Shown: positions 25,734 to 36,520 of the stretch, in pieces
Layout: every line of letters begins with the position of its first letter
Position numbering within the stretch: position 1 is the first letter of the stretch
Origin: Opitutaceae bacterium
GTDB taxonomy: Bacteria; Verrucomicrobiota; Verrucomicrobiia; Opitutales; Opitutaceae
Length of the DNA: 64,000 bases
NCBI GenBank assembly: GCA_018667915.1
Contig: JABIRI010000353.1
Location: 5,768 to 69,767, forward strand
Direction of reading: 5' to 3'
Translations under genes and position numbers: made by a program
Notes under the pieces: generated by a model
What the model was told of the DNA's origin: nothing
The model's input: the letters and a program-made list of their open reading frames with translations, nothing else
The model's database searches: none

Positions 25734-28331
25734 TTAAAGACTATCCAAGTCGACCAGAATCTCGCGTGGACTTGAGCCGTTCTCCGGTCCGACGATATTA
25801 TTGTCCTCGAGTTTATCGATGATGCGGGCCGCCCGGTTGTAACCGATACGGAGGCGTCGTTGGATCATGGAGGTCGAAGCCCGCTTGGTGGATTTGAGCA
25901 CATCCAAGGCTTTATGATAGAGCTCATCATCCTCATCGGATGGAGCGTCGTCATCATCGCCTCCGCCTTTACCGCCGTCTTCCGTGCTTTCGATCTTCTC
26001 CTGCACGTCCTGCTTGTAGATCGGCAGACCGTTGTGCTTCTGCATGAACTCAACGATGTCCATGACCTCCTCATCGGAACAGAAGGCACCTTGCGAACGC
26101 ACGAGACGAGCAGTGCCGGGAGGGGAGAAGAGCATGTCGCCTCGGCCGATCAGATTGTCGGCCCCCTTGGTGTCCAGAATGGTGCGTGAGTCGATTTGCG
26201 ATGCGACTTGGAAGGCGATTCGGGAAGGCAAATTGGCCTTAATCACGCCAGTGATGACATTCACGGATGGACGCTGCGTAGCGATAATCAGATGGATGCC
26301 GGCGGCGCGGGCGAGCTGGGCGAGTCGAGCGATGGATGTTTCGATCTCGGCGGGCGCGACCATCATGAGGTCGGCGAGCTCGTCGATGATGGCGACGATG
26401 TAGGGAAGCTTCTCGGGCAACTCGAGTTCTTCGTCGTCGACGCCGGGAAGGTTCTCTTGAGGTGGTGCATCGGGCAGATCGGGCTTCACGCTCTTCTTCT
26501 TCCGGTTGTTGAAACCGATAATATTACGCACGTTGCACTTCGCAAAATACTGGTAACGCGTCTCCATTTCGGAGAGCAGCCATTTGAGGGCGCCGGGGAC
26601 CATCTTGGGCGAAGTCACGACCGGGATGAGCATGTGCGGGAGGGTGTTGAACACCTTCAGCTCGACGACCTTGGGGTCGACCATGATCATGCGCACTTCG
26701 TCGGGCGTCTTGGAGTAGACGATCGAAGCGACGATGGAATTGATACAAACCGACTTACCGGAACCCGTTGCACCTGCGATGAGCAGATGGGGCATCTTTG
26801 CGAGATCGGAGACGAGAGGTTTACCCGAAACGTCTTTGCCGAGCGCGATGGGCAGCTCTGCTTTGTGGGCGTGCCAGTCTTGGGATTCGAGAATCTCACG
26901 CATGCCCACGGCCATGGGATGCTTATTGGGGACTTCGACGCCGACGGCGGCCTTGCCCGGAATGGGGGCGAGGATGCGCACGGACTGGGCCCGCATGCCG
27001 AGCGCGATGTTTTTATCGAGTCCGGAAATCTTTTCGACGCGCACGCCGGGGGCCGGGATCACTTCATAGCGGGTGATGACGGGGCCGACGTGAATCTCGC
27101 CGATGGAGACCTTGACGCCAAATTCCTCGAGAATGCGCAGGAGGTTTTCGGCGTTGGCTTGGTGCTCTTCTTCCGAGTTCTCGTCGTGCGGCTTGGCGGG
27201 CTCGCTCAGTAGGCTGAGCGGCGGATATTTGTAATCGCCAACGGCTTTGGGCGCATCGGCGTTACGGGCCTTTTTAAGCTCCTCGGCTTTGACGATATTG
27301 AGTTCGAGCTTTTTGCCTTCGCCGTCGCCTTCCGCGCCGGCGGGTTCGGCCTCGGGTTGTTTTTTGCGCGGGAGACCAATAACTTTGGCGGGTTCACGTT
27401 TGGCTTCGGGTTCAGGCGCGGGAGTCGGAGGGGTGGCCGCGCGAGGCTTGGCGGCCGGCGCGGGTGGTGGGGGTTGAGACACGGGTTTGACCGAAGGCAA
27501 TGAGGCCAACGGGTCTTCGGTGCCGCCCGCGAGTTTGATGCCTTTGGGGGCTTCTCCCCCGGTTTTTTTGGCTTCTTTTGTAGCGGCCTTTTCGGCGGCG
27601 ATGCGTTCTTTTTCGGCGAGCTTGGCCGCTTTGGCGGCTTCTTTTTCTTCTGTCTTGAGGCGCTTACGCTCTTCCTTGGCCAATCGTTTTTCTTCCGCTC
27701 GGGCTGCCGAGGTCTCAGCCCTTCGGGTGCGCCAATCCTGGAAACTGGAGGTGATCTGGTCGAACATCGCGGAGATGTTGCGGGTAAGAATAAACACCCA
27801 AGCGATCACCAGCACCGTCGACATGAGCGAAGCCGCGCCGAATACGCCCACGGTTTCAGCCAACAAAACGTCGTAGATCCAGGCGCCAATGTGGCCCCCC
27901 AATCGGCCGTCAGGGAAATATTGGCTCTCGGCGAAAAAGTTCAGTTTCACCATCGCGGCCAAACTACAGGCCGAGCCGATGGCGAATCCCATCGCGATAA
28001 AGCGGCTCAGCGCCAAACGCCCCGCATGTCGAATCGCGACCCACAGGGACCAGAACGAAAACACGGGAATCAACCACGCTGCCAAACCCAACCAGATGAA
28101 ACTCAGTCGCGCGACGTCCGCGCCCGCTTTGCCGACCAAATTCCGCTCGGTCGCTCCGGTAGAATTACTTGTGATGAACCCCTCCTGAAGCGGGCTGTAA
28201 TTCAAGTAGGCCACGGTTAGCCATAGTCCTAGCAACAAGCAAATAATGGCCACCAGCCAGCGAGGACGGTAGCGAGGAGGAGCGAATCCGGTCTTACCGG
28301 TCTTTGAGTTTGAAGTCTTGGACTTGGCCAT
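25734..28331 (-). CDS. ftsK: DNA translocase FtsK
   Basis: N-terminal TMs, Ala/Pro/Lys/Glu-rich linker, motor domain with Walker A GATGSGKS, and gamma domain TSMIQRRLRIGYNRAARIID. Confidence 0.97.
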   Translation of the reverse strand: MAKSKTSNSKTGKTGFAPPRYRPRWLVAIICLLLGLWLTVAYLNYSPLQEGFITSNSTGATERNLVGKAGADVARLSFIWLGLAAWLIPVFSFWSLWVAIRHAGRLALSRFIAMGFAIGSACSLAAMVKLNFFAESQYFPDGRLGGHIGAWIYDVLLAETVGVFGAASLMSTVLVIAWVFILTRNISAMFDQITSSFQDWRTRRAETSAARAEEKRLAKEERKRLKTEEKEAAKAAKLAEKERIAAEKAATKEAKKTGGEAPKGIKLAGGTEDPLASLPSVKPVSQPPPPAPAAKPRAATPPTPAPEPEAKREPAKVIGLPRKKQPEAEPAGAEGDGEGKKLELNIVKAEELKKARNADAPKAVGDYKYPPLSLLSEPAKPHDENSEEEHQANAENLLRILEEFGVKVSIGEIHVGPVITRYEVIPAPGVRVEKISGLDKNIALGMRAQSVRILAPIPGKAAVGVEVPNKHPMAVGMREILESQDWHAHKAELPIALGKDVSGKPLVSDLAKMPHLLIAGATGSGKSVCINSIVASIVYSKTPDEVRMIMVDPKVVELKVFNTLPHMLIPVVTSPKMVPGALKWLLSEMETRYQYFAKCNVRNIIGFNNRKKKSVKPDLPDAPPQENLPGVDDEELELPEKLPYIVAIIDELADLMMVAPAEIETSIARLAQLARAAGIHLIIATQRPSVNVITGVIKANLPSRIAFQVASQIDSRTILDTKGADNLIGRGDMLFSPPGTARLVRSQGAFCSDEEVMDIVEFMQKHNGLPIYKQDVQEKIESTEDGGKGGGDDDDAPSDEDDELYHKALDVLKSTKRASTSMIQRRLRIGYNRAARIIDKLEDNNIVGPENGSSPREILVDLDSL

Positions 28332-28455
28332 GTGGGTTGGGACATCGGGGCCTACGCAGGCACCGAGAGTCTATTTGAGGGATCCCATCTGTGCCTCGAT
28401 GTCGGTCAAATGTAAATCTCTCTCCTGCCCTGATCGCAATTTACTTACGCTTTAT

Positions 28456-29409
28456 ATGAAACAAGTCATTCGTTTTCAGCCAATTTATCAAGATCGCGTA
28501 TGGGGCGGTCGTGTTCTGGAGACCGCGTTGCGGCGCACTTTGCCGCACGACGGGCCGATTGGAGAAAGCTGGGAAGTGGTCGATCGGGCCGAAGCTCAAT
28601 CACTCTGTCAGGGTGACGGCCTCGATGGCATGCCCGTTCGGGAGGCACTCGAAAAGCATGGCGCTGAGATCATGGGCCCCGACTGGCCGGCGGATCGACC
28701 GTTCCCTATTTTGGTCAAATGGCTCGATTGCAAAGAGCGACTTAGCCTCCAGGTCCATCCGCCCGCCGAGATCGCGGGCGCGTTGGGGGGCGAACCTAAG
28801 ACCGAAAACTGGTTCATCGCGGAGACCGCCGGTGACGCAAATCTCATCGTCGGGCTCAAGCCCGGGGCGACTCGGGGCGAATTCGCGGCCGCGTTGACCG
28901 AGAATTCATTGGAAAGCTGCGTAAATCGTTTTCCGGTGGAGATAGGCGATTCGATTTTGGTCGAAAGTGGCACGGTGCATGCGATCGACGGAGGCAACCT
29001 CATCCTCGAGATCCAACAGAACTCGGACACGACGTATCGGGTTTACGATTGGGGCCGAGTCGGGCTCGACGGTTCACCGCGTCAGCTCCACATCGCCGAA
29101 TCGCTGGCGTCCATCGATTGGGCCGGGGTGGAGCAACACCCGGTTCGGGCGGCAAACGTTGATGCCGTGATTGCGGATAGTCCGCTCTTCCGGATCCGTC
29201 GCGCCCCGCTCGCGGCTGGAACTCAGTTGAGTTTTGCCGCGGCCGAGCAGCCGCGCCTGCTCAGTGTCGTGAATGGAGCGGTTTCCATCAACGGCGACCA
29301 AGCTGACACGCTGGGACGCGGTGATAACGTGCTTTTGCCTTACGCCGGGGAGTTCACCTTCAAGGCTGAATCGGACGCCATGATATTGGTGACGGAGAAT
29401 TTTGCATGA
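28456..29409 (+). CDS. Type I phosphomannose isomerase-family protein
   Basis: YQDRVWGG, LSLQVHP, GTVHAI, EIQQNSDTTYRVYDWGR. ATG at 28456 chosen. Confidence 0.85.
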   Translation: MKQVIRFQPIYQDRVWGGRVLETALRRTLPHDGPIGESWEVVDRAEAQSLCQGDGLDGMPVREALEKHGAEIMGPDWPADRPFPILVKWLDCKERLSLQVHPPAEIAGALGGEPKTENWFIAETAGDANLIVGLKPGATRGEFAAALTENSLESCVNRFPVEIGDSILVESGTVHAIDGGNLILEIQQNSDTTYRVYDWGRVGLDGSPRQLHIAESLASIDWAGVEQHPVRAANVDAVIADSPLFRIRRAPLAAGTQLSFAAAEQPRLLSVVNGAVSINGDQADTLGRGDNVLLPYAGEFTFKAESDAMILVTENFA

Positions 29410-30218
29410 GCCTGGGATCGGAGCGAGGGCAGCCAAGGCGGGCGGGAGCATTCGTCGGTCTGATTGTATTTATGCTCGTGGTGGCTGCGGTCGCCACCCT
29501 CGCGTGGATCATTCTGTTGCCGCGAATGGTCACCGGTTCGGCAAGTGAACTCACGGGGTTTCCGACACGACTGGGATCGCTTTACGCCAATCCCTTCACC
29601 GGTGGGTTTCGAGGTGAAGCCCTCGTTATGCAAAATCCGGAAGACTGGGGTGAGGAGGCGTTGGCCGAAGTCGGGTTGATTTCGGGCCAAGTCGATTTGA
29701 TGTCGCTGCGCCAAAAAACTGCGGTCTTCGAGGAGCTTCGTATCGAGATAGATCGCCTCGTCGTGATCATTGATGCGCAGGGCCGCACCAACATCGAAGC
29801 CGTCGGAAGCCGTTTCAGTGCCGCGACGCCAGTCGATCCATTCTCAGGCGCTGATTACGTCGCCGCCGGTTGGTTTGGGGGCGGCGAGGATCCCTCCGAG
29901 TTTTTGATTGAGCGGCTCGATCTGCGCATCGGGGTCATTGAAATTCACGATCACGGGACGAATCCGGTTTCTCGAATTCGCGACGACTTGGACTATCAAT
30001 ACACCTACACGGATGTTCGACGCTACCAGCAGTTGATCACTCCTCAGTTGCTGGCTCAGCTCGCGAAATCGCCGGCGACCTTGCGGGTTTTGTTGTCCAG
30101 CGGACTGCTCGGTGGAGCGGGTGGAAACAGCTCCGGAGGACTCGAACAGCTCTTCCAACGGGCCGGTGGCGCCGTAAATTCCTTTTTGCAGGGACTTGAA
30201 CAAACGGGAAAGCCGTAG
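29406..30218 (+). CDS. Hypothetical membrane-anchored protein
   Basis: ATGA overlap with the preceding gene. One N-terminal TM. No domain recognised. Confidence 0.55.
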   Translation: MSLGSERGQPRRAGAFVGLIVFMLVVAAVATLAWIILLPRMVTGSASELTGFPTRLGSLYANPFTGGFRGEALVMQNPEDWGEEALAEVGLISGQVDLMSLRQKTAVFEELRIEIDRLVVIIDAQGRTNIEAVGSRFSAATPVDPFSGADYVAAGWFGGGEDPSEFLIERLDLRIGVIEIHDHGTNPVSRIRDDLDYQYTYTDVRRYQQLITPQLLAQLAKSPATLRVLLSSGLLGGAGGNSSGGLEQLFQRAGGAVNSFLQGLEQTGKP

Positions 30219-30235
30219 ATTAGTAGTCCTTTGCA

Positions 30236-30892
30236 ATGAAAGATACAGCATCCAAATCAGACCATAACGACACCGAAGTGCCTGTTTCCCAACCGGAAAC
30301 CGAAGCTGCGGAGGCAGCGGAAGCTGCTGCTGAATCCGCCGCCGAAACTCCGGCCGAGGAGCAGGTTGCACCCGAATTGACCCTCGAAGAGCAACTCGAG
30401 CAGGCACAAAAAGAGACCGCCGCGGCCAAAGAAGCCCATCTCCGCTCGGTGGCAGACTTGGAGAATTTCCGCCGTCGGACTGCCCGTGAAAAGGACGATT
30501 TGCGCGCCTTCGCCGCCGCCAACGTCGTCGAAGAGCTCATGCCTGTCCTCGATAATTTAGGTTTCGCCCTGACCGCAGCCCGCGCCGACAACGCCGAGCT
30601 GAAGTCGCTCGCTGACGGGGTGGAGATGGTGGGCACTCAATTCAAAACTGCCCTGGGCAATCATGGATTGAAGGAAATTAATCCCGATAACGAAGCGTTT
30701 GATCCCAATCATCACGAAGCGCTTTCCCAACAGGCCAGCGCCGACGTGGCAGAAGGCACCGTGCTACAAGTCGTCCGCGTGGGCTATTCGCTCAACGGTC
30801 GTCTACTTCGGCCCGCATCCGTGATCGTTTCTAGCGGTCCCGAAGGCGAAGGCTCCGAAACCAGCGAATCCGCTAAGCAAGCGGACGCCTAA
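30236..30892 (+). CDS. grpE: Nucleotide exchange factor GrpE
   Basis: ADLENFRRRTAREKDD and the C-terminal beta domain GTVLQVVRVGYSLNGRLLRPASV. Confidence 0.95.
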   Translation: MKDTASKSDHNDTEVPVSQPETEAAEAAEAAAESAAETPAEEQVAPELTLEEQLEQAQKETAAAKEAHLRSVADLENFRRRTAREKDDLRAFAAANVVEELMPVLDNLGFALTAARADNAELKSLADGVEMVGTQFKTALGNHGLKEINPDNEAFDPNHHEALSQQASADVAEGTVLQVVRVGYSLNGRLLRPASVIVSSGPEGEGSETSESAKQADA

Positions 30893-30931
30893 TCCGGCCC
30901 CACTCGAACCACCTACTGAATTTCCCATAAC

Positions 30932-32110
30932 ATGGCTAAGGAAGATTATTACGACCTGCTCAGTGTGAGCCGAGACGTCAGCGACGCTGACCTCAAAAAG
31001 GCTTACCGAAAAAAAGCCGTGAAGTATCACCCGGACAAAAACCCCGGCGACAAGGCGGCTGAAGAAAAATTCAAAGAGATCTCTCATGCCTACGAGGTCC
31101 TGAAGGATTCTCAAAAGCGCGCAGCCTACGACCGTTACGGCCACGCCGCGTTCGAAAGCGGCGGCGGGCGTGGTCCCGGCGGCATGGGTGGCATGGGCGG
31201 CGGAGGCGGCGGGGTCCACGATCCCTTCGATATTTTCCGTGAAGTCTTCGGCCAAGGAGGCGGAGGCGGCGGTGGAGGCGGCGGTGGTATCTTCGACGAA
31301 ATGTTCGGCGGAGGTGGCGGTGGTGGCGGAGGCGGCGGCCGTGATGGCAGCGACCTGCGCTACGATCTGGAGATCTCTTTGGAAGACGCCGCCAAAGGCA
31401 TCGAAAAAGAATTATCCTTTCGCAAAGCAGCTTCCTGCGAACGTTGCGATGGCAGTGGAGCCGAACCGGGCTCGAAGAAAGTCACCTGTCCGACCTGTCG
31501 CGGTGCCGGCCAAGTTCAACGTAGTGGTGGAATCATTACGTTCCGGCAAACCTGCCCGACCTGCGGAGGTGCGGGCACGAAGATCGAAAAACCGTGTTCG
31601 CGGTGCCGCGGCGAAGGCCGCGAGAACAAGACCGCCAAGGTCAAAGTGCGCATTCCGGCCGGTGTCGATACGGGTTCGCGTTTACGCTCCGTGGGTAATG
31701 GCGAGGAGGGGTTGTCCGGTGGTCAGCCGGGCGATCTCTACATCGTGCTCACAGTTAAAGATCACGAGATTTTCGAACGCCAAGGCCAGGATTTGTTCTG
31801 CGAGATTCCGATCAAATTCACTCTCGCGGTGCTCGGTGGCTCCATCGAGGTGCCAACTTTGTTTGGCAAAGGAACGTTGAAGATCCCGACTGGCACCCAA
31901 AGTGGCACCACGTTCCGTTTACGGAGCAAGGGCATGCCATCGCTGCGTGGCGGTTCCCAGGGGGATCAACTCGTGCGCGTGCATGTGGAAGTGCCTAAAA
32001 AGCTCACCGACGAGCAACGCACGATCCTCGAAGAGTTCGCAAAAATCAGCGGCGACGCGGAACACCCGACCGAAGAAGGCTGGTTCGATAAAGCGAAAAA
32101 GTTCTTCTGA
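30932..32110 (+). CDS. dnaJ: Molecular chaperone DnaJ
   Basis: J-domain with HPD, Gly-rich region, and four CxxCxGxG zinc-finger repeats. Confidence 0.97.
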   Translation: MAKEDYYDLLSVSRDVSDADLKKAYRKKAVKYHPDKNPGDKAAEEKFKEISHAYEVLKDSQKRAAYDRYGHAAFESGGGRGPGGMGGMGGGGGGVHDPFDIFREVFGQGGGGGGGGGGGIFDEMFGGGGGGGGGGGRDGSDLRYDLEISLEDAAKGIEKELSFRKAASCERCDGSGAEPGSKKVTCPTCRGAGQVQRSGGIITFRQTCPTCGGAGTKIEKPCSRCRGEGRENKTAKVKVRIPAGVDTGSRLRSVGNGEEGLSGGQPGDLYIVLTVKDHEIFERQGQDLFCEIPIKFTLAVLGGSIEVPTLFGKGTLKIPTGTQSGTTFRLRSKGMPSLRGGSQGDQLVRVHVEVPKKLTDEQRTILEEFAKISGDAEHPTEEGWFDKAKKFF

Positions 32111-32142
32111 AGAAGATCGGGCGAGATTGATAGAGTTTCAAA

Positions 32143-32172
32143 GGCGTGACCGGAATTGGTCGCGCCTTTTTC
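32143..32172 (+). terminator. Rho-independent terminator after dnaJ
   Basis: GGCGTGACC / GGTCGCGCC stem (one G-U pair) followed by TTTTT. Confidence 0.75.
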
Positions 32173-32176
32173 GTAA

Positions 32177-35100
32177 GTGATGTCGCGTGGTTGCAAGATG
32201 CGTGAGCGGCGACACGATGCTGACATGCTTTCATACCCCGCAAGGCACGCGATCCGGAAGTTCGGATCAGCCGTTTCGATGATTTTTGTGGCCTGCACAG
32301 GTCACCCCCTCGGCGCGGAGTATGAATATATTGACGAGACCGATCCTTTTCATGTCGGTTTGCATTTCCCCAAACTGACGACTCCGCAATGGGTGGGCGA
32401 ACCGGGGGTGGAAGCTGTAATCGTTATGGCCATCGATGACATGCGGGATCCGGCGCGGTTCGAGGACTACCTGCGCCCGATCATAGACCGACTCAAACAG
32501 ATCGATGGGCGCGCGCCGGTTAGTATCATGAGCAATACCCTCAACCCACGTAATCCGCACCTACAAACGTGGCTGGCGGAAGGGTTGACGTTTGAGGTTC
32601 ATACACTGACCCACCCGTGTCCCTTACTCAAAGACGGAGACTTGGTCACGGCACTGGAAACCTATCAGGGCAGTATTGATTTGATGGCGGCGATTCCGGG
32701 CAATGACCCGGTGGCATATCGCATGCCGTGTTGTGATTCGCTCAATACGGCCAGCCCTCGATTTCTTAATCAATTATTTGGTCATCCTTCGCCGGAAGGT
32801 CGGGTGCTTTCCATCGACAGTTCCGTGTCGCAGGTGTTTTCGGCGGAAGATACCGAGCTTCCGATTGAGTGGACTAAAGAACCCGACGGGACGGACCGAT
32901 TCTGGAAATACTTACCGTTCCCCTCGTTCGCTACCACGATCGAAAATTATCCGTATCCTTATGTGATCGGTAAGACGGGTTGGGAGTTTCCGTTTGTGGT
33001 GCCGAGTGATTGGACGGCGCAAAATCTGCAGGGAGTAAACGAACCCCGAACGATTGAGGACTGGAAGTTGGCGCTCGATGCCACGGTGCTGAAACAAGGG
33101 GTATTTACGATGGTATTTCACACGTGGGGGTGGATTGAGAGCACTCAGATGGTCGAGTTGATTGATTACGCGGAAGAGACTTATGGAGATTCCGTTAAAT
33201 TCCTAAATTTCCGAGAAGCGTTGGAGCGGCTTAACCGGAATCTTTTGGCGGGCGTGCCGTTGCGTGGGCCACGCGGCGAAGACAATGGAGTGCGTCTGAT
33301 CGATCTAAACCGCGACGGCTATTTGGACGTGGTGAGCGGTGGATTGGGCAATTCGTTTACTCGACTCTGGCGTCCTGAGTCGCAGACGTGGCGACGGTTA
33401 GCGTTGCCGGTAAATTTAGTGGAACTCGATGCGAATGGGAAAACCGTGGAAGCGGGTGTCCATTTCGGGTCTCCTGAACCCGAGGGTAAGCTCTTGATGC
33501 TGGTGCGATCGGAGAAGCAAAATGGCGCGTGGAGGTTTGGCGCGGAAGGATGGGAGGCTGCGCCCGAGTTTTTGAGAGGATTAGAGTGGGAGGGAACGCC
33601 CGTTCAAACCCGCGCGGGCGGAGTGGATCAGGGCGTGCGTCTCCGCGATGTTACCGGAGATGGGCGCGACGAATTACTGGTGAGTAATCCGGAGGCCAAC
33701 CTCATCTGGGAATGGGATGCAGCGGAGGCGAATTGGCAGTCGCTAGACTTTGGATTGCCGTCTGGAACACACGTGGTGGACGCACTAGGACGCGATGCGG
33801 GACTGCGTTTTGTGGACTTAAACGAAGACGGGTTTGATGACATTGTCTTCTCCAACCCGGAGAACTACTCGGCGCACCTGTATGTTGCGGAAAATTTTTT
33901 GAGATTTAAAAATGGATGGAGTCGCGAGTTGTTGTCCGGAGTCGCCGGCGACAAGGGAGCCATCCCCATGATCGTGCGCGAAGGTCCGTTTCGTGATAAC
34001 GGCGCATGGTTTCACTCCGGCCACATGTGGGTTCAAAATGAAGACACGGCCGGCATGCTTGATTTGGTTGAACGTCGTTCCTTTCAGCAACTGATGGTGG
34101 GATACCAATCGCCGGCCTTGGCACCCGCCGAGGCGCTCGCGAGTTTCCAACTACGGGAAGGGTTTGGCATCGAGTTGGTGGCGAGTGAGCCCGAGGTGCT
34201 GGATCCGGTCGCCTTCGAGTGGGGAGAAGATGGCGTGCTTTGGGTCGTGGAAATGCGTGACTACCCGTTGGGCATGGATGATGCCGGAGAACCGGGAGGC
34301 GTAATCAAACGGCTCATCGATAGTGACGATGATGGCGTCTATGAGACCGCGGAAGTTTTTCTAGATGGGCTCAGTTATCCCACCGGTGTGATGCCGTGGC
34401 GAGATGGTGTGCTGATCAGCGTGGCACCTGAAATAATCTTCGCGCGAGATGTGGATGGCGATGGTCGTGCCGATGAGACTGAGGTGCTCTTCAAAGGGTT
34501 CATCGAAGGCAATCAGCAACACCTGTTAAACGGTTTCGAGTATGGATTGGATAACTGGATCTATGGTGCGAATGGCGATAGCGGGGGAATCGTGCGGTCG
34601 CATGCGACGGGTGAAGATGTTGATATTCGCGGCGATGATTTTTGGTTTCGGCCGCAGGAAGGTGCCTTCGAAGGGGTAGAGGGCCGCACGCAGTTTGGGC
34701 GGCGGCGGGATGACTGGGGAAATTGGTTTGGAAACAACAATCCCGCGTGGGGTTGGCACTATGTGATTCCCAATCGCTACCTCGCCCGGAATCCGTTTCA
34801 GCCCGTGCGATCCACCAAGCGGGCTTTGGCTCAATACGAGAACAGTACGCGTGTGTATTACTCGAGCCCTCTGCAACAGCGTTTTAACGATCCACATGTC
34901 GTGGATCATGTGACTTCGGCCAATAGTCCGACGCCGTATCGGGATGATTGGTTTGGGGAGGACTTCGCCTCGTCGGTGTTCATCAGTGAGCCCGTTTATA
35001 ATTTGATCCATCGCGAGGTATTGAAGCCGGATGGCGTGAGTTTCAGCAGTCGGCGAGCGGCCGATGAACAGGCCAGTGAGTTTCTGACGTCGACCGATAA

Positions 35101-36382
35101 TTGGTTTCGTCCAACCACCCTGAAAGTTGGTCCGGATGGCGCGCTTTACATTTCAGACATGTATCGATTTGTGATCGAGCATCCCGAGTGGATTCCCGAG
35201 GACACGCAGAAGAATTTGGAGCTACGGTTGGGTTCGGATCGCGGGCGAATTTATCGGGTATTTCCGTTGGATGCGCGGCCGCGTTCGCGTGAAGTTTTGG
35301 CCGGATTGAGTGGAACAAGGTTGGCCGAGCGCATGGAAAGTCCGAACGGTTGGGTGCGCGATACGATTCAACGTATCCTTGTAACGGAGCAAGATGCGGC
35401 GGCGGTTTCGGAATTGACGCGATTGGCTCGTGAATCACCTCGTCCCCAGGTGCGTCTCCAATCGATGGCGACGTTGGATGGGCTCGGGCGGTTGTCTCGC
35501 GTCACGTTAGTGGCTGGTCTCCGAGATCCAGATAGTCGGGTCAGGCGTGAATCTGTGCGTATGGCGGAACGCTTCTTGCCCCCTCGTGATCGACATCCCC
35601 CTGAGGTTCTTGCGCCCGTGCTCAGCGAGTTAGTGAGTGACCCGAACGATGCGGTGCGCCTGCAACTCGCCTTCACCTTGGGTGAGTGGCGCTCGTATCA
35701 CGCGGCTAAACTTCTGGCGGAAATGGCGCGACAAGATTGGGACTCCGAAATGATCCGAGTTGCGTTGATCAGTTCTTTACCGATGCACGAGGAATTTTTA
35801 CTCGAGATGGATCAGATTCCGGCAGAACTCGCAGCGGCGCTGCAGCACTATCGGAGTCAGAAACTCGTCGCTGCCGATGCCCCTGCGATGGTGGTTAACC
35901 GGGAGACTGCGACCAAACAACCGCGTGTCGATTTTGCAAAAGTGGTCGCACCGTTTCTGGGTGCAGATCTCGAAAACGGTGACCCGGTGCGTGGCCGGGA
36001 ACGCTTCGCTGCGCTTTGTGCGCTCTGTCATTTATTTCGCGGTGAAGGGCACTCGGTGGGACCCGATATGGATACGCTGGGTGATTCGTCCATCCCGTTT
36101 TTGTTGAGCGCGATTTTAGACCCGAACGCCGCGTGGGAGGATAAGTATGCCGAAGTCTCCATCATGAAACGAGATGGCCGTGGCTTGACCGGAGTCGTGG
36201 TGGAGGAAAACAACAATTCAGTCACCCTGCGCATCATGGGCGGTGGTGAAGTGGTGCTGCTGAAGGCGGAAATTGAAGGGATGAACATCCGAGCGAAATC
36301 ACTCATGCCGGAGGGATTGGTTGATCACTATTCTACCGCTGAAATGGCTGACTTGATGGCGTATTTGCGTGCAACGCGTTAG
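32177..36382 (+). CDS. Large multidomain protein: NodB-like deacetylase region + FG-GAP/VCBS-like repeats + PVC-type membrane-bound-dehydrogenase beta-propeller + HEAT repeats + C-terminal cytochrome c (CxxCH)
   Basis: VMAIDDMRD and EVHTLTHPC (NodB-like D/H motifs). DLNRDGYLDVV, DVTGDGRDELLV and DLNEDGFDDIVF (FG-GAP-like). WVVEMRDYP, NWFRPTTLKVGPDGALYISDMYR and HEAT-like DPDSRVRRESV. CALCHLFRGEGHSVGPDM heme c site. The true start is probably MLSYP at 32225, which carries a lipobox-like FVAC. Confidence 0.8.
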   Translation: MMSRGCKMRERRHDADMLSYPARHAIRKFGSAVSMIFVACTGHPLGAEYEYIDETDPFHVGLHFPKLTTPQWVGEPGVEAVIVMAIDDMRDPARFEDYLRPIIDRLKQIDGRAPVSIMSNTLNPRNPHLQTWLAEGLTFEVHTLTHPCPLLKDGDLVTALETYQGSIDLMAAIPGNDPVAYRMPCCDSLNTASPRFLNQLFGHPSPEGRVLSIDSSVSQVFSAEDTELPIEWTKEPDGTDRFWKYLPFPSFATTIENYPYPYVIGKTGWEFPFVVPSDWTAQNLQGVNEPRTIEDWKLALDATVLKQGVFTMVFHTWGWIESTQMVELIDYAEETYGDSVKFLNFREALERLNRNLLAGVPLRGPRGEDNGVRLIDLNRDGYLDVVSGGLGNSFTRLWRPESQTWRRLALPVNLVELDANGKTVEAGVHFGSPEPEGKLLMLVRSEKQNGAWRFGAEGWEAAPEFLRGLEWEGTPVQTRAGGVDQGVRLRDVTGDGRDELLVSNPEANLIWEWDAAEANWQSLDFGLPSGTHVVDALGRDAGLRFVDLNEDGFDDIVFSNPENYSAHLYVAENFLRFKNGWSRELLSGVAGDKGAIPMIVREGPFRDNGAWFHSGHMWVQNEDTAGMLDLVERRSFQQLMVGYQSPALAPAEALASFQLREGFGIELVASEPEVLDPVAFEWGEDGVLWVVEMRDYPLGMDDAGEPGGVIKRLIDSDDDGVYETAEVFLDGLSYPTGVMPWRDGVLISVAPEIIFARDVDGDGRADETEVLFKGFIEGNQQHLLNGFEYGLDNWIYGANGDSGGIVRSHATGEDVDIRGDDFWFRPQEGAFEGVEGRTQFGRRRDDWGNWFGNNNPAWGWHYVIPNRYLARNPFQPVRSTKRALAQYENSTRVYYSSPLQQRFNDPHVVDHVTSANSPTPYRDDWFGEDFASSVFISEPVYNLIHREVLKPDGVSFSSRRAADEQASEFLTSTDNWFRPTTLKVGPDGALYISDMYRFVIEHPEWIPEDTQKNLELRLGSDRGRIYRVFPLDARPRSREVLAGLSGTRLAERMESPNGWVRDTIQRILVTEQDAAAVSELTRLARESPRPQVRLQSMATLDGLGRLSRVTLVAGLRDPDSRVRRESVRMAERFLPPRDRHPPEVLAPVLSELVSDPNDAVRLQLAFTLGEWRSYHAAKLLAEMARQDWDSEMIRVALISSLPMHEEFLLEMDQIPAELAAALQHYRSQKLVAADAPAMVVNRETATKQPRVDFAKVVAPFLGADLENGDPVRGRERFAALCALCHLFRGEGHSVGPDMDTLGDSSIPFLLSAILDPNAAWEDKYAEVSIMKRDGRGLTGVVVEENNNSVTLRIMGGGEVVLLKAEIEGMNIRAKSLMPEGLVDHYSTAEMADLMAYLRATR

Positions 36383-36520
36383 GGGGAATCACGACGCGCG
36401 AGGTGATGAAATTTCATCGCCTCGATATTAAGTTCAATTGCTACGCCTCGAGGGGTTGCGCTCCGCAAAACGTCGGTTCACAGGTAGCTGTTCTCGACGG
36501 TTTTTATCTTACCCCTTCAC

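Noticed and set aside
26196-27212. 338-aa plus-strand ORF antisense to ftsK
   Set aside because: Shadow frame of a strongly conserved gene, with Gly/Asp/His-rich nonsense composition.
27230-27720. Low-complexity GC-rich repeats
   Set aside because: They encode the Ala/Pro/Lys/Glu-rich linker between the FtsK membrane and motor domains, which is a normal feature of FtsK.
31150-31345. Runs of GGC/GGT/GGA that look like a microsatellite
   Set aside because: This is the in-frame Gly-rich (G/F) linker of DnaJ, not a non-coding repeat.
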